Shown here: positions 7,856-16,257 of the stretch, piece after piece
Layout: each line of letters starts with the position of its first letter
How positions within the stretch are numbered: the first letter of the stretch is position 1
Source of the DNA: an uncultured virus (IMG/VR IMGVR_UViG_3300044641_005543)
Lineage: Duplodnaviria > Heunggongvirae > Uroviricota > Caudoviricetes
IMG/VR virus record: IMGVR_UViG_3300044641_005543
Strand: one strand, 5' to 3'
DNA length: 64,000 nucleotides
Notes under the pieces: model-generated
Seen by the model: the letters and a program-made list of their open reading frames with translations, nothing else
Database searches by the model: none
What the model was told of the DNA's origin: nothing
Translations under genes and position numbers: made by a program

Positions 7856-7899
7856 TTAGGATTTCATTAGGATTATGTTAGGATTATGTTAGGATATTC
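7856..7899. repeat. four tandem 11-bp repeats (TTAGGATTATG-like)
   Basis: TTAGGATTTCA TTAGGATTATG TTAGGATTATG TTAGGATATTC. Confidence 0.85.
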
Positions 7900-7901
7900 A
7901 T

Positions 7902-7941
7902 AGCAAACCGTGTGCCAAACTTTTTTGGCACGATATTTGCT
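7902..7941. promoter_or_regulatory. back-to-back pair of sigma54-like sites
   Basis: minus strand TGGCAC-ACGGT-TTGCT (7917-7902) and plus strand TGGCAC-GATAT-TTGCT (7926-7941). Confidence 0.6.
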
Positions 7942-7944
7942 GAT

Positions 7945-7988
7945 CTGCCATTTTGGCAGTTCGGCGGCGCGGCCTGCCATTTTGGCAG
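7945..7988. repeat. 44-bp double-palindrome repeat A, copy 7
   Basis: identical to copy 5. Confidence 0.95.
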
Positions 7989-8022
7989 TTCCCCTACCGT
8001 AGTGGGGGTGCTGTACCGCTGT

Positions 8023-8346
8023 TCACCCCTCCCACCCAAAGGGGGATAGTTCCTCACCACTAGCCTCAATGGCTTCATACTGCAACCGGAAAGCCTCAAC
8101 CCGTTCACGACTACCGGGCTGGCCAACCTTGACGATCATGGTATCGTCACCCCCCAGCATGCGGGGGTCAACCTTATCGGCCTTAACCTTGCCGATATTC
8201 CGCAAAGCCTTTCGATTGAACTTGAGAATCTTTTCCGAACGGATCGTACCTCCATCCGCGGTAGACTTGTCGCAAGGGATAGCAATCCCTAGGAAGCACG
8301 ACCGAGCAACCCTCTCCGCGTCTCGAATAATCTTATACTTTTTCAT
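8023..8346 (-). CDS. hypothetical protein
   Basis: AAGGGAG RBS; 107 aa. Confidence 0.7.
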   Translation of the reverse strand: MKKYKIIRDAERVARSCFLGIAIPCDKSTADGGTIRSEKILKFNRKALRNIGKVKADKVDPRMLGGDDTMIVKVGQPGSRERVEAFRLQYEAIEASGEELSPFGWEG

Positions 8347-8416
8347 TTTTCTTTCTCCCTTTGATGATGAATTCTAACCGGACTAAACACTGAACACTAC
8401 CCCCATCATGGGGGGA

Positions 8417-8623
8417 CTAGCCTTGAATCGCACAATCCCGAACCATCCACGTCCTGCAATCCGACAGGTAGATCGTCGCATACTTGCGGGAATAGTCCGG
8501 GTTCAAACTGAACACGATTACCATCGTACCCTTGGACGTTTCCCGAACGTTCTCAACTTCGCCGGAAAACTGTCGGCCATCATTCCGAACTGCCACGAAC
8601 ATCATTCCCTTAACAATCGTCAT
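8417..8623 (-). CDS. small beta-rich protein, paralog of 7338..7571
   Basis: alignable by eye along its whole length. Confidence 0.7.
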   Translation of the reverse strand: MTIVKGMMFVAVRNDGRQFSGEVENVRETSKGTMVIVFSLNPDYSRKYATIYLSDCRTWMVRDCAIQG

Positions 8624-8657
8624 TCTTCACCATCCCTTTCTTGTGCCAGAATATATC

Positions 8658-8673
8658 TGCAATCGTCGTGCCA
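8658..8673 (-). promoter_or_regulatory. sigma54-like site TGGCAC-GACGA-TTGCA upstream of 8417..8623
   Basis: exact consensus, oriented toward the gene. Confidence 0.6.
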
Positions 8674-8730
8674 AACCAGAAAAATATTTTGGTAGTCGCA
8701 AACCCTTGAAAATACTAGGTTTACAACATA

Positions 8731-8800
8731 TGCCATTCTGGCGTTGCCATTTTGGCTGTTGCATTTTGCTACACTTTTTGCATTTTGCTCGGCATTTTGC
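8731..8800. repeat. degenerate repeat-A palindromes plus GCATTTTGC repeats
   Basis: TGCCATTCTGGC, TGCCATTTTGGC, then three GCATTTTGC. Confidence 0.65.
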
Positions 8801-8845
8801 AACACCCCCCCAAAAGGGGTAGAGTCTTTCGGATTATTTTCCGTT

Positions 8846-8861
8846 TGGCATGATATTTGCT
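8846..8861 (+). promoter_or_regulatory. sigma54-like site TGGCAT-GATAT-TTGCT
   Basis: one mismatch to the consensus. Confidence 0.5.
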
Positions 8862-9060
8862 ACGCGTTCCCCCACGAATAGGGGGGTTTTTTCGTTTCCC
8901 ACCAATGGGGGATAGAACCCCCAAAAACCGGCGGGGGTATAAAAAAAATAAGCACACCCCACAACAATTGGCCGTTTTCTTATATCTCTTTTTAAAAAAA
9001 ATTATATATTGAAACACGGTGTAAAGAATATACGAAACACATTATAACTAGAAATATTTT

Positions 9061-9354
9061 ATGAGTAATTTTGTTATTAACGAATCTAAAGAAGTTAATA
9101 GTAACAGCCCTCAACTCTTTTCACCCTCATTTAATCAATCATATCCACTATCTAATAGTTGGATCAGCAACAATCTGTTGCCCCCCAACGTTATTAAAAG
9201 CTTCATCTCCTATATGGCCCACATTAATAATTACAACAACACACCAACTCTGCAAAATAATTATTCCTTTTTCGGACTATACGATTTACTGAAAATTTAT
9301 GTTCCGGATACTCAGAATGCCTATCAGATACTAATATTGATCCTTGTGGTGTAA
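9061..9354 (+). CDS. hypothetical late protein (possible frameshift near the 3' end)
   Basis: follows a GGTGTA motif; a Cys-rich alternative C-terminus is present in the -1 frame. Confidence 0.5.
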   Translation: MSNFVINESKEVNSNSPQLFSPSFNQSYPLSNSWISNNLLPPNVIKSFISYMAHINNYNNTPTLQNNYSFFGLYDLLKIYVPDTQNAYQILILILVV

Positions 9355-9387
9355 TTTAGTTATATAAAATCTATACGAGAACTTATT

Positions 9388-12159
9388 ATGCTATTTACTC
9401 CCGATCCATCTAAAAATATTAATCACATAGATCATACAGTAAAACCAGTATCAAATAAGAATAATAGTACTCAAACAGTATTATCCTCATCACGCTATAC
9501 CTATTCTAAAAAAATATTATCTGATTCGTATGAATATTTTAGTATACCAGTTAATATAACATATAATATAGCTAAAAATATAAGACTAACTCTGACCCCA
9601 CAGGCTATTAGAAGTAATAAATACGATTTTAATCGTGGGCAATTTGATCGTGGATATCCATTTAATGATGTTTATTATTTTTGTGATCAAAATTTAACAT
9701 CAATATATAAATATGGCAGTTTGCATTGGAGTCGCAAAACAGAAGACAACTTATTATATCCTCAAGACACATCACTATATATAGTGGATGGAAATAATAG
9801 TAGCGATTTGTGTGACACTACAAATCCGCCAGTATGTTCTATAGTTTGTCCATCAGGATCAGTACTAGATCCATCGTCTTGTCTCTGCTCTCCTCCTGAA
9901 GAATGTATTCCTCAAATAGATTGTACTCCAGAACCATTATATCAAGATTTTAAACCAGTAATTGAAGGTTATGCATTTTATTTACATAATAGTAGACCTA
10001 TAAATATACCAGGAATAGGAGACCGAAATCCTACCTGTTGGGGTGGTCATACATGCAATTCAACAATATTTAAACCAATATTAGTTGATGATAATAACAA
10101 TATTATAGTTGCTAATAGAAATATTAGTATGAATAATATTTATTTTTATGGAGGCAGTAGTGGACAAATACCAGCTCCAGGATTTACAAGAGTTAGTCCT
10201 TATGATAGATCAGATACTTTTCAATTTGTATTGAATGATCCATCAGTATTAACATCATTATCATTTTATTTAGATTGTACACTTAGCAGATGTCATAATG
10301 GAGTAACAATGGTTTTCTTGGTTGGCGAAACAACAACCAATGAAAAAGTATTATTATTTTCTAGTTGTGTAGTTCCAGGATCTTTTGGTAAAAAGCCAAT
10401 AGGAACTATAGACTGTGATACAGAATCTTCCGCAGTACCTTGTGAACCGCCTCCTCCACCATCGTCAGTATATTGTTTTGAAAAGACAATATCAATGTAT
10501 GATGGTTTTAAAGATTGTATAATACGTACCTGTGCAGCACAATCTCCTATTGGAGAAACTGGTTGGACTCAGGTTGGAGGTCCATACATAGGATCATGTC
10601 CAGATTGTGCCGACGATCCTTGCGATCCTCCGTATTATTGCTTTTCAAAAATTGATCAACCCAACTGTCCAGATCAAGATTGTGTGGTTAGACAATGTGC
10701 TACATCTACTCCATCTGGCGATGGATGGACTCAAGATAGTGGGCCATATGCTACCATTGGAGAATGTGAAAGTTCTTGCTCTGATGATCCATGCGATCCT
10801 CCGGCGCCAGTATATTGTTTTGAACAAGGAGGTGATTGCGTAACCAGAACATGCTCCGAAACAGACCCAGGAGAAGGTTGGGAGCAAGTTGGTGGACCAT
10901 ATGAATGTGGAACTTGTGAAGAATGTGATAATATTGGTAATTGTCCAAATTATAATGTTTGGAGAATTACTGATCAAGATAATTATATTTATGGTAGTGG
11001 AATTATAAGTTATGATAATACTTTTGGATATTTAAATGATTTACCCAACCCATTCACTCCACTATTCTATGGTACTGTGGGATCCAAAAATTTTGATCTT
11101 CAAGTATTATGTGATGGAGAAACATGGGATACTATTGACGAATGGGACGGTACTATAGTATTATGTTCTGGAGTTAACGATAGATATCCAGCTCACCCCT
11201 TTAATTCAGGTTATGGTTGGGTTCCTCAAGGAGAGTGTGCCGTACGAGTTAATGAAAATGGAGATGCTGTTTGTGAGCCTCAACCATGTTTAAATCTAAT
11301 GACAGGTTCTAATGGTGATGGTCAAGCTTGGCGAGATCCTCAACCCAGTGGAGCTTATAAATTTGTTGGTACTACTGATACCGAATGGACAAATTTAAAT
11401 AATTGGGAAGATTCATCAGGATTAAGTCCCGCATCCGCCTTACCGGCGAATGGTGACAATGTGCTAATTGCTGGCAATGTCAGTAAAATACCAAACGATT
11501 ATTTTTCTTCTAATAGTATCGTATTGAATAATGTAACAATCAATACTAGTGGTACTTTAGGAGTATCATTATCATGCGCTAATTTATTATGTGACGGTGG
11601 ACATGTATTTGCTGGCGACAGTTGCTCTAGCCCCATTCAGATACAAGCATCAGAAACTTGTGAATTTATTAATGGAGGCTTTTTACAAGATGCGGATATC
11701 ACAATATCAGCTTCTCCAGTTAAGTTCAGAACAGGCTCAAATGTTGATAGATCCACTATAACTGGAAATGCAGAATTTTATGATAATTCATCAGCAACAG
11801 AAGGTACTGTTACCGGAAATGTAATATTTTATGATACTTCAAGCATGGGTTCTAATTTTATATTTAATGGAAGTGGAGATTTTTATAATACATCAACAAG
11901 ACAATCTAGTACAATGTATTTCTCTCATAGTACAGTAACATTCCATGATAGTAGTAAAAATTATGGATATATGGAACATGCCCTATTTACTGATTCAAGT
12001 ATTAATGAAACAACAGGATCGGTTGCTACTGACGCAACATTCTCAGATACTTCTAAAAATAGAGGCAATGTTGGTGGTACAGCAACCTTTACCGATAGCG
12101 CCTGTAATGACGGAGGTACTGCTGGAACATTCGTTCCCAACCCACCACCGTCGTGCTAA
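9388..12159 (+). CDS. Cys-rich putative virion fibre/adhesin with C-terminal beta-helix
   Basis: three Cys-rich internal repeats; 'W...NW...P..GD.V.I' motif; (A/V)xFxDxSxN beta-solenoid repeats; N-terminus shared with the next gene. Confidence 0.6.
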   Translation: MLFTPDPSKNINHIDHTVKPVSNKNNSTQTVLSSSRYTYSKKILSDSYEYFSIPVNITYNIAKNIRLTLTPQAIRSNKYDFNRGQFDRGYPFNDVYYFCDQNLTSIYKYGSLHWSRKTEDNLLYPQDTSLYIVDGNNSSDLCDTTNPPVCSIVCPSGSVLDPSSCLCSPPEECIPQIDCTPEPLYQDFKPVIEGYAFYLHNSRPINIPGIGDRNPTCWGGHTCNSTIFKPILVDDNNNIIVANRNISMNNIYFYGGSSGQIPAPGFTRVSPYDRSDTFQFVLNDPSVLTSLSFYLDCTLSRCHNGVTMVFLVGETTTNEKVLLFSSCVVPGSFGKKPIGTIDCDTESSAVPCEPPPPPSSVYCFEKTISMYDGFKDCIIRTCAAQSPIGETGWTQVGGPYIGSCPDCADDPCDPPYYCFSKIDQPNCPDQDCVVRQCATSTPSGDGWTQDSGPYATIGECESSCSDDPCDPPAPVYCFEQGGDCVTRTCSETDPGEGWEQVGGPYECGTCEECDNIGNCPNYNVWRITDQDNYIYGSGIISYDNTFGYLNDLPNPFTPLFYGTVGSKNFDLQVLCDGETWDTIDEWDGTIVLCSGVNDRYPAHPFNSGYGWVPQGECAVRVNENGDAVCEPQPCLNLMTGSNGDGQAWRDPQPSGAYKFVGTTDTEWTNLNNWEDSSGLSPASALPANGDNVLIAGNVSKIPNDYFSSNSIVLNNVTINTSGTLGVSLSCANLLCDGGHVFAGDSCSSPIQIQASETCEFINGGFLQDADITISASPVKFRTGSNVDRSTITGNAEFYDNSSATEGTVTGNVIFYDTSSMGSNFIFNGSGDFYNTSTRQSSTMYFSHSTVTFHDSSKNYGYMEHALFTDSSINETTGSVATDATFSDTSKNRGNVGGTATFTDSACNDGGTAGTFVPNPPPSC

Positions 12160-12212
12160 TCTAATTGTATTTTAGTGGTGTATCTATTTATTAAATTTTT
12201 TAAGGTCAAATT

Positions 12213-13733
12213 ATGTTATTTACTCCTGATTCTAATAAACAAGCTAATCATATAGATCATACTATTAAGCCGCTTTTTAATACAAATTATGATAAAGAAA
12301 CTATTTTAGCATCGTCTCGTTATACTTATTCTAAAAAAATACTATCTGATCTTTATGATAATATTAATATTCCATTTGGAATAACATATAATACATCTAG
12401 AAATGTACGATTAACATTAACTCCGCAAGCTTTACGTAGTAATAAATATGATTTTTCTAATGGGCAGTTTGATAGTGGATATCCAGAAAGCGCGAATTAT
12501 CCATTATGTAATCAAAGACTATCTTCCATTATAAATTATGGTAATAGTTCATATACATCATTTTTTAATGAATTATTATCTTATCCTAAAAATAATACAT
12601 TCGGCCTAGTTAAAGATTTAAAATTATCTAGTAATGAATGTGGATCTTGTGCAGTAGTTGACCATATCACTGGCTTATGTGTATCTCCTCCAAAATGCAT
12701 TCCTGTAGAACCAGTAATTATTACTATTCCACCAAATCTTAAAACAACCATTAAAGGATATGCATTTTATCTTGATACTATTAGAGAAGTTAATGTTCCA
12801 GATATAGGTTTGAGACAAGTATCATGCGCCGGTGGACACAGATGCTGTCGCACAAATTTTATTCCTAAAATTATTACTCCAGAAGGAATGTATGTTGGTG
12901 AAGAATTTGATATGAACAATTATAATAATTGTACTAGTCAGAGTACTCCTGTTGACGGCTTCGTACCATACACAGCAGGAGAAAGATCAGCATCTTTTAC
13001 TATAAATATTCCTAATATTAATGACGAAATTAATGATGCTCTATTTTTATTAAACTGCAATAGCGAAGAAGGATGTCATAATGGTGTTACCATGATATTT
13101 TTAGTAGCAGAAGATGCAGATACTGATGAGTCATATTTAATATTTGCCAGCTGTGTTGCTGTAGGATGCACAGATCCTGTTCCTTTAGGATCCATAGTAG
13201 ATTCAGAAGTTGATCCAGCAGACTGTGTTCCAACCAGCACCCCTGAACCAGTATTAAACTGTGACGAACTAAAATTTAAAATAGAGGGATGTCAATTTCC
13301 AACATCTGGACCAGCTGTTAATAATCCGGACGCTTTAGCACTAGCTAACTATATTAATAGTATTTTAAATTCAACACTAATTATTACAGCAGCTTTTGAT
13401 ATTAATGGTAATTTTAATAATCAAGCAACAGGAAGTCAAATTATAGCAGGATATGGGGAAGTTTTTTATGAATTACAGGTTAATAGAAGTATTTCATCCA
13501 CAAGTATGACTCTAACATTTAGTAGTGCTAATGTTATCAATGGAACAACTACAATTTTTAGTGCTGGAGTAAATATTCCTAACCCTCCACTTAATCCGTA
13601 CGATATTGTTACTGATGTGGCTACAGTATTTGCAGGATGGTTTGCTAATGCTTTTAATCCATACTATGATGAAAATGAAGAATTGGTTGAGCCAGATTGT
13701 GAATTTAATATGATATTGAATCCAATACCATAA
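12213..13733 (+). CDS. Cys-rich putative virion protein, paralog of 9388..12159
   Basis: shares MLFTPD...SSRYTYSKKILSD...RLTLTPQA.RSNKYDF and GYAFYL...C.GGH.C...CHNGVTM.FLV blocks. Confidence 0.65.
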   Translation: MLFTPDSNKQANHIDHTIKPLFNTNYDKETILASSRYTYSKKILSDLYDNINIPFGITYNTSRNVRLTLTPQALRSNKYDFSNGQFDSGYPESANYPLCNQRLSSIINYGNSSYTSFFNELLSYPKNNTFGLVKDLKLSSNECGSCAVVDHITGLCVSPPKCIPVEPVIITIPPNLKTTIKGYAFYLDTIREVNVPDIGLRQVSCAGGHRCCRTNFIPKIITPEGMYVGEEFDMNNYNNCTSQSTPVDGFVPYTAGERSASFTINIPNINDEINDALFLLNCNSEEGCHNGVTMIFLVAEDADTDESYLIFASCVAVGCTDPVPLGSIVDSEVDPADCVPTSTPEPVLNCDELKFKIEGCQFPTSGPAVNNPDALALANYINSILNSTLIITAAFDINGNFNNQATGSQIIAGYGEVFYELQVNRSISSTSMTLTFSSANVINGTTTIFSAGVNIPNPPLNPYDIVTDVATVFAGWFANAFNPYYDENEELVEPDCEFNMILNPIP

Positions 13734-13743
13734 TAATTAAAAA

Positions 13744-14163
13744 TTAACTATTTAACCAAGCTAAAAAATCCACAGACGGATCATCAAACACTTTAATCCC
13801 CAACTTCTGCTTAATTACTTTTTCAGAATCATTAATAATCAAACAGGCCGGATAAGAATATATATTATATTTTTGTACCAAAGAGCTTCTGGTTTGAGTA
13901 GCATTATAATATAGCACTATATAATTAGATAATATATTTTTAATACTATCATTGTTATCTAGTAAATATTTAATAACATTACATCCATCACAACCAACCA
14001 TATAAAATAATAAGAAAATTTGTTTATTATCTTTTTTGGCAGTTTCTAGTGCCTTCTTATATTCTTCTAAAAATTTTTTACCATTCTCACTAGCTAATAA
14101 TGATAATTTTTCCCTTTCCTGTAGTTTAGTTAATGACTTTAAATATTCCTGTTCCGTAATCAT
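13744..14163 (-). CDS. thioredoxin-fold protein (CxxC)
   Basis: FYMVGCDGC active-site loop and downstream 'SYPA' cis-Pro loop. Confidence 0.8.
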   Translation of the reverse strand: MITEQEYLKSLTKLQEREKLSLLASENGKKFLEEYKKALETAKKDNKQIFLLFYMVGCDGCNVIKYLLDNNDSIKNILSNYIVLYYNATQTRSSLVQKYNIYSYPACLIINDSEKVIKQKLGIKVFDDPSVDFLAWLNS

Positions 14164-14360
14164 ACTGATGCAACCTTCTTTGGACGCCCTCTTCTTTTGG
14201 CAATACCACTCTTGCGTCTTTGACGTCTAACCATGCTTGCTGATATACTTTGACCAGTTATTTCACTGAGTTTCACAGCAACATCCTTATCCAGCATATT
14301 TTGATTGTCTAATATAAACTGAATGTCTGTTTGGGTCCACTTTTTATAATTACGACTCAT
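14160..14360 (-). CDS. small HTH-like DNA-binding protein with AT-hook
   Basis: WT..DI.F N-terminus, helix-turn-helix-like core, RRGRPKK tail. Confidence 0.6.
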   Translation of the reverse strand: MSRNYKKWTQTDIQFILDNQNMLDKDVAVKLSEITGQSISASMVRRQRRKSGIAKRRGRPKKVASV

Positions 14361-14376
14361 ATAATCACCCTTTTCC

Positions 14377-14434
14377 TTTACTTAGTGTAAAAAAGAACTA
14401 TAATGTATATTAGACCAGATTAATATCAATGCAA
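14377..14434. promoter_or_regulatory. overlapping opposed sigma70-type promoters
   Basis: plus TTTACT-N16-TATAAT (14377-14404); minus TTGCAT-N16-TAATAT (14434-14407). Confidence 0.5.
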
Positions 14435-14442
14435 GGTGAAAT

Positions 14443-14595
14443 ATGAATAAAATTGATCATTTTGTAGATTCCACACTAAAAGTCACAGCTTCAGAAGATC
14501 TAAATATAGAAAAGGATCTAGCTGCTCAGAATGTTGATAATAAAACCATAGAGGAATTATTAGAAGACGATAATGACAAAACCAAAAAAGAATGA
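14443..14595 (+). CDS. small acidic protein (50 aa)
   Basis: AAGGTG RBS; MNKIDHFVDSTLKV...; not in the ORF track. Confidence 0.55.
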   Translation: MNKIDHFVDSTLKVTASEDLNIEKDLAAQNVDNKTIEELLEDDNDKTKKE

Positions 14596-15199
14596 TATTT
14601 TTACCAGAAAAAAAATTACAGAAAAAGATTTTTTAGAGGCCGTTGATAATATAAGTAAAAAACTAATCTATAAATTTAAATTTGGATATCATGAAATTGA
14701 TGATATGAAACAGCAAGCCGCCATGTTTGCTCTTGAAGGATTAGAAAATTATGATCACAAACGCCCACTAGAAAACTTTTTGTGGACCCACGTAAGAAAT
14801 CGTTTATTTAATTTTAAAAGAGACAACTACTATCGCCCTGATAATGTTTGTGTAGGTTGTCCATTTTTTGATCCTGATTATAAAAAAAGTTCCAATCAGT
14901 GTGCTAAATATACCAATAAGGACAATTGCTCCATTTATTCCCAATGGATAGAACGAAACAACACCAAAAAAAATCTAATGAAGCCTGTTGATATAGAAAC
15001 CTCAGAACATCAATCAGAAAATAATTTATTAGACAATATATCTAATAACGAAATATTAAAAATTATTGAGGATAATATTCATACAAAATATAGAGAAACT
15101 TATTTAAAGGTTAAGGGCGGCATAAAAGTAACTAAAAACGAGTTGGTTCAACTGCAAAAACATATCCAATCAATTTTAAAAGATCATAATTATGAGTAA
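14573..15199 (+). CDS. phage-encoded RNA polymerase sigma factor-like protein with a Cys cluster
   Basis: region-2-like DDMKQQAAMFALEGLENYD...FLWTHVRNRL; CxxC..C..C segment. Confidence 0.65.
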   Translation: MTKPKKNDIFTRKKITEKDFLEAVDNISKKLIYKFKFGYHEIDDMKQQAAMFALEGLENYDHKRPLENFLWTHVRNRLFNFKRDNYYRPDNVCVGCPFFDPDYKKSSNQCAKYTNKDNCSIYSQWIERNNTKKNLMKPVDIETSEHQSENNLLDNISNNEILKIIEDNIHTKYRETYLKVKGGIKVTKNELVQLQKHIQSILKDHNYE

Positions 15200-16004
15200 A
15201 AAACGTGGACAATTAAGTTTAGATGAAGAAAAATTTATACGAGATAATGTTAAATCATTAACTATAGATACTATTGCCGATCAACTAAATCGTAATACCG
15301 CCCCCATTAAAAGATATATCATCGAGAATAGATTATTAGAAGACGATACCATTGTTAACGATGAAGAATATTTAAAGAATAAATTACATAGTAAAACTTT
15401 CTGGAGTGAAATAGTTAAACAGTTTGATAATGATAGTGGCGAATTAGAATACTTTGAAAACATTTGGATTAATCTACTAAGACAGTTTAGAGAAGATGTT
15501 TTACCAGCAGAAGAACTACAAATTAAACAATTTATTACAATAGATATTTTAATTAATCGTTCTATGAAAGAACGCAAGCGTCATATTGCAGAAACAGAAA
15601 AATTACAGCGTCTAGTAGATGCCGAATATGAAAAACCAGAAGATCAAAGAGATATTCCCAAATTGGCTAATTTAGAAACACAGCTTAGTTTTGCTCGTAA
15701 TAGTATTGCTAATTATACAAATGAATATACCAAATTATTAGGTGAACAACAAAAAATTAGTAAAGATCTCAAAGCTACCAGAGAGCAACGTATTAAAAGA
15801 ATCGAAGATGGCAAAAGCAGTTGGTTAGGCCTTATACGTATGCTTGAAGATGAAGAAATAAGAGAGAGAGAAGGACGAGAGATGGAAATTATCAGTATGG
15901 CTACTCAAAAAGCCATTAAAGATCTTCAACAATATCATTCGTATGCTGATAAGACACTAGATAAACCATTTTTAACTCCTGAAAGTGTATCTGATGAAAC
16001 GTAA
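15192..16004 (+). CDS. HTH plus coiled-coil protein, possible terminase small subunit
   Basis: N-terminal HTH-like segment, helical body, position upstream of TerL. Confidence 0.4.
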   Translation: MSKKRGQLSLDEEKFIRDNVKSLTIDTIADQLNRNTAPIKRYIIENRLLEDDTIVNDEEYLKNKLHSKTFWSEIVKQFDNDSGELEYFENIWINLLRQFREDVLPAEELQIKQFITIDILINRSMKERKRHIAETEKLQRLVDAEYEKPEDQRDIPKLANLETQLSFARNSIANYTNEYTKLLGEQQKISKDLKATREQRIKRIEDGKSSWLGLIRMLEDEEIREREGREMEIISMATQKAIKDLQQYHSYADKTLDKPFLTPESVSDET

Positions 16005-16257
16005 TTTTAAAGATCCAAAATATATACAATGGAGAACTAGTGTTTATGAAAGAGATCATTTTAAGTGCCAATGGCCAAACTGTAATCTAAAATATAAACT
16101 AAATGCTCACCATATAAAAAATTGGGCTGATTTTCCAGGACTACGATTTGTAGTAGATAATGGCGTAACATTGTGTAGATATCATCATGATGCGATTAAG
16201 GGTCAAGAAGAAGTATTTGCTCCCACTTTTATGAGAATTGTAGCGAGTAAAAAATGA
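15994..16257 (+). CDS. HNH endonuclease
   Basis: RD.FKCQ..C...AHHI...NGVTLC..HH motif. Confidence 0.9.
   Translation: MKRNFKDPKYIQWRTSVYERDHFKCQWPNCNLKYKLNAHHIKNWADFPGLRFVVDNGVTLCRYHHDAIKGQEEVFAPTFMRIVASKK

Noticed and set aside
792..7988. Repeat A as a CRISPR array
   Set aside because: The intervals are about 0.8-1.6 kb and contain genes rather than 25-45-nt spacers. There is no cas operon, and the Cas4-like nuclease sits in the replication module.
792..7988. Repeat A as classical integron attC sites or intrinsic terminators
   Set aside because: There are no RYYYAAC/GTTRRRY ends and no integrase in the window, the cassettes carry their own promoters, and no U-tract follows the hairpins on the transcribed (minus) strand.
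2123..8126. Short ORFs sharing 'CQNGRPAAKTAKMA'-like peptides (2123..2350, 6535..6762, 7884..8126)
   Set aside because: The similarity is simply the translation of repeat A; they have no RBS and overlap promoters.
9388..13733. Diversity-generating retroelement acting on the paralogous fibre genes
   Set aside because: I saw no reverse transcriptase and no near-identical repeat pair differing only at adenines; the similarity is diverged and N-terminal.
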